Shown in pieces: positions 50,740-62,942 of a stretch of 64,000 bases of DNA. The DNA is taken from NCBI RefSeq assembly GCF_964188315.1, contig NC_135668.1, forward strand, positions 54,994,001 to 55,058,000, written 5' to 3'. Below the pieces are notes generated by a model. It made no database searches. It was not told the origin of the DNA and saw nothing but the letters and a program-made list of their open reading frames with translations. Numbering within the stretch: position 1 is the stretch's first letter; the number at the start of each line of letters is the position of its first letter. Made by a program: the position numbers and the translations under genes. This stretch comes from Podarcis muralis (taxonomy: Eukaryota).

Positions 50740-52210
50740 CAGGTGGGCCTCGGTGGTGCTGATGGAGGACCTTTACGGCAAGGAGGGCAGCGGGATTGTG
50801 TGCCTAAGATTCTCCCGCTTTTTTCATCCTACTTTCATACAGAGTTTGTGCAGAGCAGTAGAAATATTACTGATACGCCAAACCTACATCAAGGCACAGT
50901 CACTGAGAGCTCCGACTCCTTTTGAATTATTGTTGGGATTTGCTACGAAGGCAGAACAGGGTTGGGAGTCCAGACTCTAAAGTATGCTAATCCTAGTGGA
51001 TATGGGTACAGCAGATGGCTTAAGGCAGATGTGGGAAGCTGATTGGCAGATGACTATCAACAAAGAGGTGTGGACCTCAATGTGCAGAAGGGAATTTCCT
51101 TTTAAATCAGCCTTGGCCTCAACAAGAAAATGGCCTTGCATACCTATACAGTTAGCCCTTACTCGCTCCTCCTACTCGCCTGGAGGAGACCAAGAGGAGA
51201 TATTAGAGACATCTTCAAGTATCTGAAGACCTGTCACATGGAAGAGGAAGCAAGCTTGTTTTCTCCTGCTCTGGAGGGCAGGACTTGAACCCATGGCTTC
51301 GAGTTACAAGGAAGGAGATTCTGACTGAACATCAGGAAGACCTGACAGTAAGAGCTGTACCTTTCAATTCTAATTCTATGGCTAAACTGCTGGAGTATCT
51401 CCGGTTCTAACCAAACCATGTGGTGGATGTGCGGGAAAGTGGCTCAGTTCTGGAAGGAAGCATTTGTCCAAATACAGTGGTACCTCGGATTACATACGCT
51501 TCAGGTTACATACGCTTCAGGTTACAGACTCCGCTAACCCAGAAATAGTACCTCGGGTTAAGAACTTTGCTTCAGGATGAGAACAGAAATCGTGGCAGCG
51601 GGAGGCCCCATTAGCTAAAGTGGTGCTTCAGGTTAAGAACAGTTTCAGGTTAAGAACGGACCTCCGGAACGAATTAAGTACTTAACCCGAGGTACCACTA
51701 TAAAAGCAACTACCAGACAAATGCCTCTAAATGTCTGGAGCTGGCTCTCCGCAATCTTTTTACAGGAGGGAATATTAACTTACAGCTTAACCCTTTAGTA
51801 AATCTTTTTCCAGCAGCCAGGCTCATAAGAACACGATACGGGAAGAACTTCACGGAGGTTTCTCTGACAAATTGGTTCAACTAAGTACGGCGAACTGAAC
51901 TTGTGGGCGTATAAAGCAATAAAATAAAATTGCCACAAGGCTCGAGGCACAAAGATTCTCTTGCAGCTGATTAGCTCAGCTTTATTATGCACATGGCTAA
52001 ATATAAACTCCCTTCACATTACAAAACTTTTTGGTTACCTTAAACAGTTTTTTTGCCTGCCATACAAACAGAATTTGTTTTGATAAGAACTTACTATGCT
52101 ATTTGTTTGTTATTCTGCATGTGCTGTCTAAACCCCAGCTTCAGGGTTGGGCTGAGATATTTAATGATTTATCTATATGACGTTGTTATATGTTGAAATA
52201 ATACAAATTA
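50740..52210 (+). mobile_element. Degraded L1-like ORF2 3' region, interrupted by CR1-like and Tc1 MITE insertions
   Basis: Peptides LRQMWEADWQMTINKEVW, HMWWMCGKVAQFWK, AARLI...W resemble L1 ORF2 C-terminal motifs. Confidence 0.6.
51475..51700. mobile_element. Tc1/mariner (Tigger-like) MITE
   Basis: Inverted copy of 38132-38353; TA flanks. Confidence 0.88.
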
Positions 52211-52655
52211 GTTAAAAAGTGGGGACTTTTAAAAAGAACTCACACACACACAATCTGCACGGTTGCTCTGTAGAATTTGCTCCCACAAGATGTATTAATG
52301 GCCAGCAGCTTCGACAGCTTTAAAAGAGGGATGGGGAAATTAATGGAAGATCGCCATTGCAGCTAGCGGCCATTATGTTCTACTTCCACAACTGGAGCTC
52401 ATTTGTCTCTGAATTCATTGTTGGCGAGAGCAGTTTTGCACTCGGGTCCTGCTGCCGGACTTCCCTTTTGAGACATCTGGTCGGCCACTGTGAGAACAGG
52501 AGGCTGGACTATGATGGCCTTAAATTTGTGCTTCCAGATTCATGGCACTTAAGAGGGCATTGTGAAAACTTAAAATTGTGTTATGAGCTGTATTGTACTC
52601 ATCTATGGCACGGCCAAGATCAAGTTCTTTTTATTCCACTTTCCAGGATGTAGTG

Positions 52656-52903
52656 CAGTGGTCAGCCAACCTTTTCAGCAGGAGGCCAGTCCACTGTCCC
52701 TCAGACCTTGTGGGGGGCCGGACTGCATTTTTTTAAAAAAATGAACAGATTCCTGTGCCCCACAAATAACCCAGAGATGCATTTTAAAGAAAAGCACACA
52801 TTCTACTTGTGTAAAAACACACTGGTTCCTGGACCATCCGAGGCCAGATTTAGAAGGCGACTGGGCTGGATCCGGCTCCCGGGCCTTAGTTTGTCTACCC
52901 ATG
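52656..52903. mobile_element. hAT-family MITE
   Basis: Homologous to 6855-7369 without the SINE; TSD ATGT[A/C]GTG. Confidence 0.85.
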
Positions 52904-53582
52904 ATGTCGTGCATACAGTTCTGGTTACCTAAAAAATATTTTAAGGAGAGGGCAGTGGCTGGAGGAGCAAGTTCCCCAAAAGGAAAGAGAACAATTTGAG
53001 TGCCATCAGGCCGAGACAGCTCAACAGGAACCACTGCTACAGTCACAGAGGCCAGGGGTGGGGAGCGGGTGTGACGAAAAATTTGGTTTTGCTGGACAGG
53101 TTTCTTTTTTCTTTCTTTCCTTGCCAGCAAATGGTTCACAAACAGCAGCCTCTGACGGGCTGTGGTTCCAGGAGGGAGAGTTTAAAAGGAGAGGATCTGA
53201 AGAGAGACAGGGAGGTGTGGTTGGAATTGAGGGTGGAGAGGTTGGGAGACAGGTAGGGAGACAGGTGGAGATAAAAAGAGGGAAAGGGAGAAAGAAAAAG
53301 AAAAAAAGAACTTCCTCTCTGAGCGTATTGTGAAGGAGTGTGTGTGGTGTCCTGTAGGAGGAATAGACCAGGATTTTACTGGGAGGCAGAGGTTGAGCCA
53401 GGAGAAGTAGGAGCTGGAAAGGAACAGCCTCTTTGGGACTCAATCCAGTCCAGAGGGGAGAGATTCTTCTGAGGAAAAGAAGGAACTCCCAGACCCAGTG
53501 AAAGGAGAGAGCCCTTGGGGCTATTACTTAAAGTACTTCGGGAGCTGGATTGTTAAAGGGGGTGGGTAACTGAAAGGAAGTA

Positions 53583-53931
53583 AGGTAAAGGGTAAAGGTA
53601 CCCCTGCCCGTATGGGCCCTTGACAGACTCTAGGGTTGTGCACCCATCTCACTCAAGAGGCCGGGGGCCAGCGCTGTCCGGAGACACTTCCAGGTCACGT
53701 GGCCAGCGTGACAAAGCTGCAACTGGCGAGCCAGCGCAGCACACGGAAACACCGTTTACCTTCCCGCTAGTAAGCGGTCCCTATTTATCTACTTGCACCC
53801 GGAGGTGCTTTCGAACTGCTAGGTTGGCAGGCGCTGGGACCAAACAACGGGAGCGCACCCCGCCGCGGGGATTCGAACCGCCGACCTTTCGATCGGCAAG
53901 CCCTAGGCGCTGAGGCTTTTACCCACAGGCA
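53583..53931 (-). mobile_element. Sauria SINE, slightly 5'-truncated
   Basis: Near-identical to 28505-28867; flanked by an identical 30-bp duplication (53553-53582 and 53932-53961). Confidence 0.9.
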
Positions 53932-53974
53932 TTAAAGGGGGTGGGTAACTGAAAGGAAGTATCACCTTATAAAG

Positions 53975-54110
53975 CAGGCATGGCCAGACTCAGCCCCCCA
54001 GAAGGTTTGGGGCTACAATTCCCATCATCCCTGACCACTGGTCCTGTTAGCTAGGGATGATGGGAGTTGTAGTCCCAAAACATCTGGAGGGCCGAGTTTG
54101 GCCATGCCTG
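53975..54110. mobile_element. Palindromic hAT MITE
   Basis: Same family as 50178-50312; 8-bp TSD TTATAAAG. Confidence 0.9.
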
Positions 54111-55164
54111 TTATAAAGGAACCAACTTAGAATGCAACCAAAAACAACTGAGGACGAGTTAAAGTAAAATAGCATTGTATTCCTGAAGTAACCTAAGTTT
54201 TTTGCATTTGTGTTATATACGATCTTACCTAAAATAAAATAATAATAATAACAATAAAATTTATTTATATCCCGCCCTCCCCAGCCGAAGCCGGGCTCAG
54301 GGCGGCTAACAACAATAAAACAGTACAAAAGTACAGCATAAACAACATTCTAAAATCATTCATTATAAAATTAATTAAATAAATCATTATTGTTTATTTA
54401 AAGAAAACCCACCTGAGACTCCAACTTACTAGTTATCCCCTCACAACGGTCCCCCACAGGATAATCCGGGTTGGAATTTTGAGAGAGAAAACCTTCAGGT
54501 AAAAGGGTTGTTCCGTGAGGTGGGGGCAAATTATCTGAGTGAGACGGGGCCCAACGGCTTGAGAGGGAAAAGTAGCTTGCTGTGTTTGTGCTATTGTTGG
54601 CAACTGCCTTGAACATCACTCGTCATGGGCTTGACTTACTAATAAAGTATACCTGCTGCAGGTATTTCTGTTAGATCAGGGCCCTCTTGTATGATGCTTG
54701 TTACCCATGTGGATTTTAATGAATAGCACAAAACGTTATGAGTCACAGGGTGGGTGGGAGATGCCATGGATTTAAAAAAGAGTACATTCGTAGGGTTTAG
54801 CTTATTTTTTAGTTGCTAACTTGTTAATATTGCTTCATAGATTATAAATGTCTACTTGGTGATCTGTTAATCACATGACCTATGCTGCATTTATGATGTT
54901 TAGCTTATTTTTTAGTTGCTGGTTTGATAATGGTGCTTTCATAGATTACAATTATGTTACGGACGATTTTCCATTTCCATTCCATTGCTGTACTTCTGTT
55001 ACTGTTATGTATTGTTTGGGTAGAAAATGGCACCCAGTTGGCAACTTTAGAGTCTGTTTAGAAGAAAGGCAAGTGACATGGACATGTTCCCCCCTCTCTT
55101 CTGTAATAAATAAGAACTTGAGGCTACTCAATCAAACTGATTGGCAGCAAATTCAGAAGAGAGG

Positions 55165-55330
55165 CCAGTTCTTCTTTAGGGAAGTTTTTAATGACTGATG
55201 TTTTGATGTATTTTTAATCTTTTGCTGGAAGCTGCCCAGAGTGGTTGGGGAAACCCAGCTAGATGGGCGGGGTAAAAATACTACATCATCATCATCATCA
55301 TCATCATTATTACTACTACTACTACTACTA
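55165..55330 (+). mobile_element. L2 LINE extreme 3' fragment
   Basis: 3' UTR shared with other copies; (CAT)n(TAC)n tail. Confidence 0.7.
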
Positions 55331-55399
55331 CTTCTTTACACAATGTGCCATTGGTGCGATCTATCTGCACGGACTCCCTTGGCTTAAAAGGCGAGGAGT

Positions 55400-57250
55400 C
55401 AAATCCACGGAGAAGCGCTCTCCGCAGCGCCAGGCAGGCGTCTCAGTGGAGCCTCCCTGCTCGGGCGCAGTCCACCTGTTCGGCTCCCTCCCTTCCCGGG
55501 CCCGGCCCCGTCCCTACCCCACTCACTCGGGGGGCGCCCTGGATCCGGAGCGCCCGGGGGAAGCCATGCCTCTGCCGGGCCGGGCCTCGCTCGCCCACCA
55601 CCGAACTTTCGACCGGCAACGGCCGCGGGGGGCGGTTGGGGGGCGCTTCGCGAGGCGCGCCGGGGAGACGCTGCCGCTCGCCATGGGGGGTGGGGTGCAA
55701 AGCCCCCCGGGGCTCCCGTCGGGGGCGAGCCGGGGGAGGCCCCTTAGGACCCGCTGGCGCGGGGCTGCCCCCCAAAGGGCCAGGGGGCTCCGCGCAAGAG
55801 GCGCACGCGCGCCGGCTTCCCGGCGAGGCCCCGGGGATGGGCCCCTCGGCTGGGGGCCCGGGGCGGAGAGGAGGGCCGGGGGCGCCGCGCATCCCTCGGT
55901 CCCGGCAGGCGCGAGGAGGGAAGCGGCGGCGGCGGCCTCTGCGGAGCTCCCTAGCCGCGGAGCTCCCCGTCCCCGGGCGGTGCAGCGGTGCCAGGCTCGG
56001 CGGCGGCGGCGGCCGGTGGCTCGTGCCCGTGTCCGGGAGGAGGGCGGGGCGCAGCCAGCAGCAGCAGCAGCGGCCGAGGCGCGCGCCCGCAACCGCCTCC
56101 CTCCCTCCCCCTCGGGTGTCCCCGTGACGTCAGCGCCCCGCCAGGGCCGGCCCGGGGCCTCCGCGGACGATGGCGACGCAGGAGGGCGAGGAGGAAGGCG
56201 CTCCGGGCTGAGGCGCGCCTGCTGCTGCTGCTGCCGGCTTTCTCTGGCCCCGGGGGCCGCCGCGGCTGCCATGGCGCCCGGCCCGCTGGTGCTGGCGCTG
56301 CTGGTGCTCCTGGCCCCCGCCGACCCCTCACCGCCGCCGCCGCCCGCCAAGGAGGTGCGGAGCAGCAACGGCGGAGGCGGAGGTCCCGATGGTAAGTAAC
56401 GGACGGAGGCAGAGCCACTTCCCGGAGCCGCACTGCGTAGGAGCGGGACGGAGTGGCACTCTGCGCACGCCTAGAGGACCGCTGCTCCGACGCCTTCTGC
56501 CCTGGGGTGTGTGGACCGTTTCCCTCTTGCTGACCCGACAGCACTGAAGAGAGAGAGGGGTTCCCACTTTCTACAGGGGCCGCCCCCCCCAGCTTTGGAT
56601 GCGCGCTCGAGTTTGAGCCCGAGGAGGGGCGCAAGGAGCCGTTCAGCCCGGGCGCAGGTGGCCTTGAGCGACCTCGGGGAGAGGCCCGCGGGCCGCCCCG
56701 TCTTCAGTCTTCCAGCGTTTGCTTTGAACCCCGGCCCCTTTTAGCCCCGGAGCCAGAGAGAAGGCGCTTGTGGGGTCCCCAGCAGTCATTTGGCGAAAGG
56801 GCCCCCTCCCATCCTCGGTTTGCCTGGGGGGCCGCCGTGTTTTCGTCTCCCACTTGGGGAAACGGAAGGTTCGTCCGGTTCTGGCTTGGGGCGGGGGGCG
56901 GTGCCGCGATGGAAAAGCGCCGCTGCCAGGCTGGGGCGGCGCCCGGGTCACGGAGTCCTTGCTTCGCCCGGGGAGGCCGATGGCGCAACGCCCGCTTCCC
57001 AGTTACCCGCCGGGCAGCCTTTGCCTTTCCAGCGAATGGCGCGGGCGGCGGGGCGGGACGTTGGCTGAGCATCACTTGTGCGCGTGGAAAAGCGGCGGAG
57101 GGGGTCTCTCTCCTCGCCGGATGAGCGTCGGGTGGCTGGACCGGTCAGGCAGGCTCCCTCCCTCCTTCCCGCCCGGCGGCCAGCCGGCTTGTCCGCATTC
57201 TCTCGCGTGTGCGCCTTGACTCAGCGCCCCCTGCTTCCTCTGCCTTGGGG
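55400..57250. promoter_or_regulatory. CpG island / PGAP6 promoter
   Basis: Very high GC and CpG density; palindromic CRE TGACGTCA at 56125-56132. Confidence 0.75.
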
Positions 57251-60200
57251 GCGCCCCTGTGAGAACCAGCAACCCCCCCCCAGCGGATTCCTTTCCTTTT
57301 AGGGTCGGTCAGCTGAACCTCCACTTGATCTTGTTGTGTGAGGGGCTGAGCTCCTGGCTGCCTCTGTGCTGAGCTTGGGGTGCAGGGGGTTGGCATGGCA
57401 CATCCTGCCCCTTCCCCATCCCTGCCCATCACACCTTTGTTTGTCAGTCACTGCGCTGTGCGCTCAGCAAACAGGCAGGTGCCTGGCACCCTGGTCCCCG
57501 TAGGCCAATCCCCTGGGCTTGCCGGCTCAGCCCTTTCAGGAAATGCCAGTCCTTGTGGCAGGCTGTGTGCCAAAGTCCACAGCTCTCGCTTGGCAGAGCT
57601 GCCTCCCCATGACCTCTCCTCTCCTGACCTCCCCTTGACCTTGCTGCACGGCAAGGCTGGGCAAGACCTTCCTGGTCTTCAGTGGGAAGGGGCAGGCAGC
57701 AGCCCAGCTTCTATTGCCTGGAGGCCAAAGAGCTTCTATTGCCTGGGAGCTCCTTGTGGGAAGCCAGAGACATTGAGGGGGGCACTGCCTGCCCCTTCAT
57801 GCTGCTGCACTTGGCAGAGACTTGGGGGGGGGACTGGCTGCTGATGCCCCTGTGGTGGGAAGCACCACCTGCCCAAGGCTGGCTGGACCTGAATTCTTTC
57901 CCCTGCACAGTTCCTGACGCCCTGCCCCCTACTCTCCCCCGCAGACCGGTCCTTTGTGGCGGAGTATTTCGTCCAGGGCGCCCAGAAGCTCTCCTTCTAC
58001 AGCTGGTATGCCAACGCCCGGCTCTTCCGCTTCCGCGTGCCAGAGGATACCGTCCAGCTGCGCTGGCTCCTTCAGGCGTCCCAGGGAAGGGGTCCCGACT
58101 GCGGCAGCACAAACGTCACCGTGTGCGTACCTACCCCCCCTTCTCCCTGGGAGCTCAGCCTGCCGGCTTCCTCCTGGAAAGAGGGTGGCCGTCTCCCCTC
58201 CTTCTGCCCCACTCACCCCTGTGTCTCCTGCTGCCTTCCAGCCACTTCCGCCACGGTGCCCCTCCTGTCATCAACCCCCTGGGCACGCAGTTCCCGGCCA
58301 ACACAAGCGTCCGCCTCGCCTACAATCTGACCACGACTCTGGCCACGCTGGTGCAGAACACCACCTTCATCAATGTCACAGGACCTGCCGCAGGCGACTG
58401 GTTCATGGTGGCCCACCTGCCCAAGGCCGCAGGGAAGATTGAGGTGAAGGTGAGAGCAGGCCGCCTCCTTGGCTGGAGTCTGTGGTGGTGGGGACGGACG
58501 GACAGGGGAGGATCCTGCAGCTGCTGCATTGGGACTTGGCTGTGCCCGACCTGGCAGTTTCTGGAGGATCTTCTGCTGTGCCCAGGGCTGCAGGTGGAGG
58601 CCCCTGAATGTCCCCTTGTGCCAGGTGTGGCCTCTTCCTGCCAGCCACGGTGGTCCAGGAGGCTGGCAGTGATGCGTCCCTCCTCCCTCCCTGCAGGGCA
58701 TCTCAACGCCATGCACCTACAGCTTCCAGCCGGACATGTTTGTGCTGCGCGTCATCGACTCGCTGATTCTTGAGCCCGACACTCCTGCGCAGCAGACCAT
58801 TGCCCAGCCCGCCAGGCCCCTTCATGCCAAGTGAGTTAAAGCAGGCGAGAGGGTGGGCCCGGTGAGTGCCCCCCATCTCCCTGGGCACCAAGGCCTGCCA
58901 TGTCCTGGCCAGCGGGAGTCAACTGCTCCCCCCTCTCTTCCCCCCTGCAGGATCTTTGTCCCCGGCTACAGTGCTGCGCTGCACTTTGAGCTGGGCGGCT
59001 GCAAGGTGAACACTTCAAGCCCCTGCGCCCTCCGTGTCACACTGGGCTCTGCCACGCTGCCTTCGCGCTCCCAGAAGGTGCTCAACTGCTCCGGGGACTG
59101 CAGTGGCGTCCTTGCTTCACCGCCGTGGGAGAAGTGGCTGCCCATCACGGTGGAAAGCCTCAGCGGCCCTGGGACCAGCGTCTCCTTTCAGCTGAAGGCC
59201 TCCTTCACAGGTGTGTGCCAGCTGCGAGAGGGGGGGGCAAGGGCAGGGTGCCAAGCTGTGTCAGCTCGCCAGTTCCTGAGTCTCTGCTGCGGATGCCCTA
59301 GCTTTGGGTCAGGGGGTGGGTTGCCCTGCCCTGCAGCCTTCTCGTCCTGAGGCCCTCGCTGACCTTGCGCCGTGTCCTTTGCAGTGTGCAAGCCTGACAG
59401 GGCCAGCTCCTTCCTCAGCTTCTATCACAGCCTGAACCGGAGCCAGGAGGCACCTTTGCCGGGAGGAAGTCCCAACGCCACCCTGCTCACGGGAGCCGGG
59501 GCAGCGCATAACCCCCTTGGCCAAAGCAGCCGCTGCCTGCGCAACCAGCCTGTCATCCGCGAAGACCTGGACGTGGTGTCTCTGCATTTTCGTGTCCTTG
59601 GAGACGTTGGTGTGCCTGTGCAGGCCGAGCCCCCAGCTTTGCTCCTCTTCAACCTGAACTCGGGCATGGATAGCGGGGGGACCCTGGTGCTGAATCTGGC
59701 CCTTAACCAGGTAAGAGGGTTGACCTGGCACTGCCCCTCTTGGGGCACTGAAGCCGGACTGCTAGGGGAGAGGCGCCAACTGAGTCTCTTTCCTGCTTTG
59801 TCCTTGCAGACCGACTGGAGCCTTGGGAATGCCTCGGTGTGGGCCTGCTTGAGTGCCAGCTCCCCTGTGCTCTCTGTGAATGCCACGAGGGGCTGCCACA
59901 CAGGTATGGTTCTCTGCTTGTTGCACCCGAGCTCTGGGAGGGCATTGACACTGGCAGGCTGGGTGCTGGTTGCTGACAGAGTGTGGGCACTAACGGAAGG
60001 CCTGCCTCTCTTCCCTGCCCCACAGCTTTCTCCCAAGGCTATCCGCTGAACGTATCCACCTCTTCTCCAGACGCTACACTCATCATCCCGTACCCAGAAA
60101 CGGCCAACTGGTTCCTGTCCCTGCAGCTCCTCTGCCCGGAGGGTGTGGGGTGAGTCCTGTCACTCTGGTGCTGCTAGCCATACGACCAGGGCTGGGCCTT

Positions 60201-62942
60201 TGCTGCAGTAGCGGTGGCAGAAAGGCCTCTGGGGCCAGGGTTCCTGAGCATCTCTCAGGCAGGGGTTTCTGCCACCTGGTCCTCACCTTGCCTTGGGCAT
60301 CTCTGCCTTTGCATGTTGGTGCCAGGTGGGCTCAGCGTCCTTGGCGGCACATGGGCTCTGTCTCTCTCTCTCTCTGCAGGGAATGTGACAAAGCCAAAGC
60401 CCAGGTGTCCGTTGTGACCTTGCTCAGCCCCTGCTTCGATAACTGCGGGACGTATGGGCAGTGCAGCCTCCTGGGCCGCAGTTACCCTTATGCCGGGTGC
60501 AGCTGCAAAGCGGGTAAGAGCTTCTCTGGACTGCCTGGGGCCGAGGCCACCAGGGCCTGTCCCTCCTCTACCCTCCTTTCCTCCCCTTTGGCTTCCTTCC
60601 CTGGGCAGGGCCAGCCATAAGCAGCACCTGTTCTCCTCATGCCTCACATGCCCCAAGCCCAGAGTGAAAAGGCCACGGGGTGGTATCCTGCACACCGGTC
60701 AGCCCCTTAGAGAGTGAGCCTAGCTGGAGGGGGCCCATCCTGGGGGCTCTGGGGGATGCTGCGCAAGATGGCAGCCTTAAGGATGGGCACTCCACTTCCC
60801 ACCTGGCAGAGGCTGCGTTGGTGCGATGGGCTTTGTTCTTTTGATGTGATGCTCCCAATAGGTAACCCTGCCTCCCCTTCCTCCCCTGGCAGGCTGGAGT
60901 GGCTGGAGCTGCACGGAAGACACCAAGGCCCAGCCCGTCGGCACGCAGATCCTGGCCACGCTCCTGCTGACACTCAGCAACCTCTTCTTCCTGCCAGCCA
61001 TCGCTGTTGCGCTTTACCACTACCACCTGGTGGAAGCCTCCGTTTACGCCTTCAACATGTTCTTCTCCACCGTAGGTCCAGGCTTCCCCCTCAGCGGGAT
61101 GGGTGCTGAACGGGATCTCAGCCACCCGTTGGGGTGGGGCAAGGCCCAAGCAGGCCCTTCTCTGGGGAGCAGGGCAAGCAAGCCAGCCCAACCCTCCACT
61201 TTCTCTGCCTGCCTCTTTCTGGTAGTGGGGCGGCTGGGGAAAAGCGGAGGGCTCCTTGATCCTGGTTCAGTGCCCCTTGCACTGCCCTGTAGCATCCTCA
61301 GGCTGCTGTTGTGGTTGTGTGCCCAGTGGGGCCCTGGCACCTCCAGACTTTGGGCTCAGGTGGCTAAGAGCTGCACAGTGGGAGTGGTGCCTTCTGACTG
61401 GCACCTTCTCTCCCCTCTGTGGCTACAGTTCTACCATGCCTGTGACCAGCCCGGCATTGCAGTGATGTGCATCATGGATTACGACACGCTGCAGTTCTGC
61501 GACTTCTTTGGCTCTGTGGTCTCCATCTGGGTGACCGTCCTGTGCATGGCTCGACTGGAGAAGACCCTGAAATATGTACGTTGGGGGCAAGCAAGCAAGA
61601 GGGGTACTGCATGGGAGGGGGCTGTTGTTTGCAGCAAGCCCCGCTAAAGCCAGGGCAGGCCCAGTCCTGAGCTCACACCTTGAATGTCGCCAGCACGACT
61701 TCCCCTGGGGCAGGAGGCTCTGAATAATAAACAAAATGGATGCAAGAAAATGAACGCTGTGCATTTGCCCTGTGTATCTTGCGGGTTTCCCATCCTGGTG
61801 TTGCCAGGTGGACTGAGAGCCAGAGTTGGGCCAGAGAGGCGGACAGGCAGGCTTCCAGTCTTCCTGGGCGTCCGCTGCAGTTTCTCACTGAAAAGCAAAG
61901 GTGTCAGTGGGCGTTAGAAAAGGTAAAGATGCCAGCAGCATGGCCAAATGTCCCAAAGGCGGCAGGGGCTGCATGAGGACTTGAGGCCCCATTTGGCCAA
62001 AAGGCAGAATGCAGAGTTCAGAAACGAACTATCTCAGCAGGGTTTTGTGGCTGGGAGCTCCTGTCTTTGCCCTTGGCATCTTGAAGTGATGCCAGAAGGT
62101 GAGTTGGAGTGGCCCGGGCTGCCTTCCTCATCCACCAGCCACAGACTCCCAAGGAGGTTCCAAGGGCAGCTCTGACTTCTCCTCTCCTCCCTTGCAGGTC
62201 CTCTGTGTGCTGGGGACCCTGTTCATCGCCATGTCACTGCAGCTGGACCGCCGAGGGGTTTGGAACATGATGGGGCCCTGCCTCGTTGCCCTCCTCATCA
62301 TGATTGCAGCTTGGGTAGGTGGCTCCTGCTCTCACCCTTTACAGATCAAGACTTGAGCATCTCCTGGCTCAGGTTGCAGCTCTTAGCAGTGGGCTGGGCA
62401 GAACCTGCAGCAGGTATTTTACCTTTAAGGTGTGGGCTTCCCCCGCCCTTAACTTCATCACCCATCATGCGCTTTTGGAGTGTAGCCAGCTGAAGAAAGA
62501 CCCAGCTGACTTCTCCCAGAGCCTTGGGGTGGGTGGGTGGGTGCATCTGGTCTCGGTGGATGGGCAGAGCCCACATCTAGAGACCCTCTGTGGTTGCCCT
62601 CTGCCCCACCTGGGATGGCCCGTAACCCCCACCTTCCTCCTGCAGGTTCACCGTGGCGTGACCCGGCGCGACTGCTACCCGCCCTCCTGGAAGCGCTGGG
62701 CTTTCTTCCTCTGCCCTGGGATCACCCTGGCTGTGGTGGCCATTATGGTGTATGCCTTCATTCAGACCAAAGAGAACTACTTCTACACGCACAGCATCTG
62801 GCACATCCTGGTGGCCTCCAGCGTGGCCTTCCTCCTCCCACCTGGAGACAAGCTCCAGAATCCGTGGGACTGGTCCCGCAAGCTGCTCTGCCGCTACCAG
62901 ATTTGCAAGAACGACCGCGAGGAGCTCTACGCGGTGACGTGA
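56271..62942 (+). CDS. PGAP6: PGAP6/TMEM8A (GPI-anchor phospholipase A2); join(56271..56391,57945..58122,58242..58449,58697..58830,58951..59210,59385..59710,59810..59903,60026..60149,60380..60513,60893..61071,61429..61575,62198..62314,62646..62942), 772 aa
   Basis: 13 GT-AG exons in phase, 2319 nt; signal peptide, LSFYSWY, APPVINPLGT, EGF-like CFDNCGTYGQC, FYHACDQPG, YTHSIWHIL, C-terminus YQICKNDREELYAVT. Confidence 0.97.

Larger units (their letters stand above)
53070..54747 (+). mobile_element. Probable solo LTR with nested SINE, MITE and L2 tail
   Basis: TGTGAC...GTCACA inverted termini, AATAAA near 54640; no clean TSD found. Confidence 0.45.

Noticed and set aside
55263-56399. 378-aa ORF upstream of PGAP6
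   Set aside because: CpG-island open frame starting in an L2 tail microsatellite; only 56271-56391 has signal-peptide and splice support.
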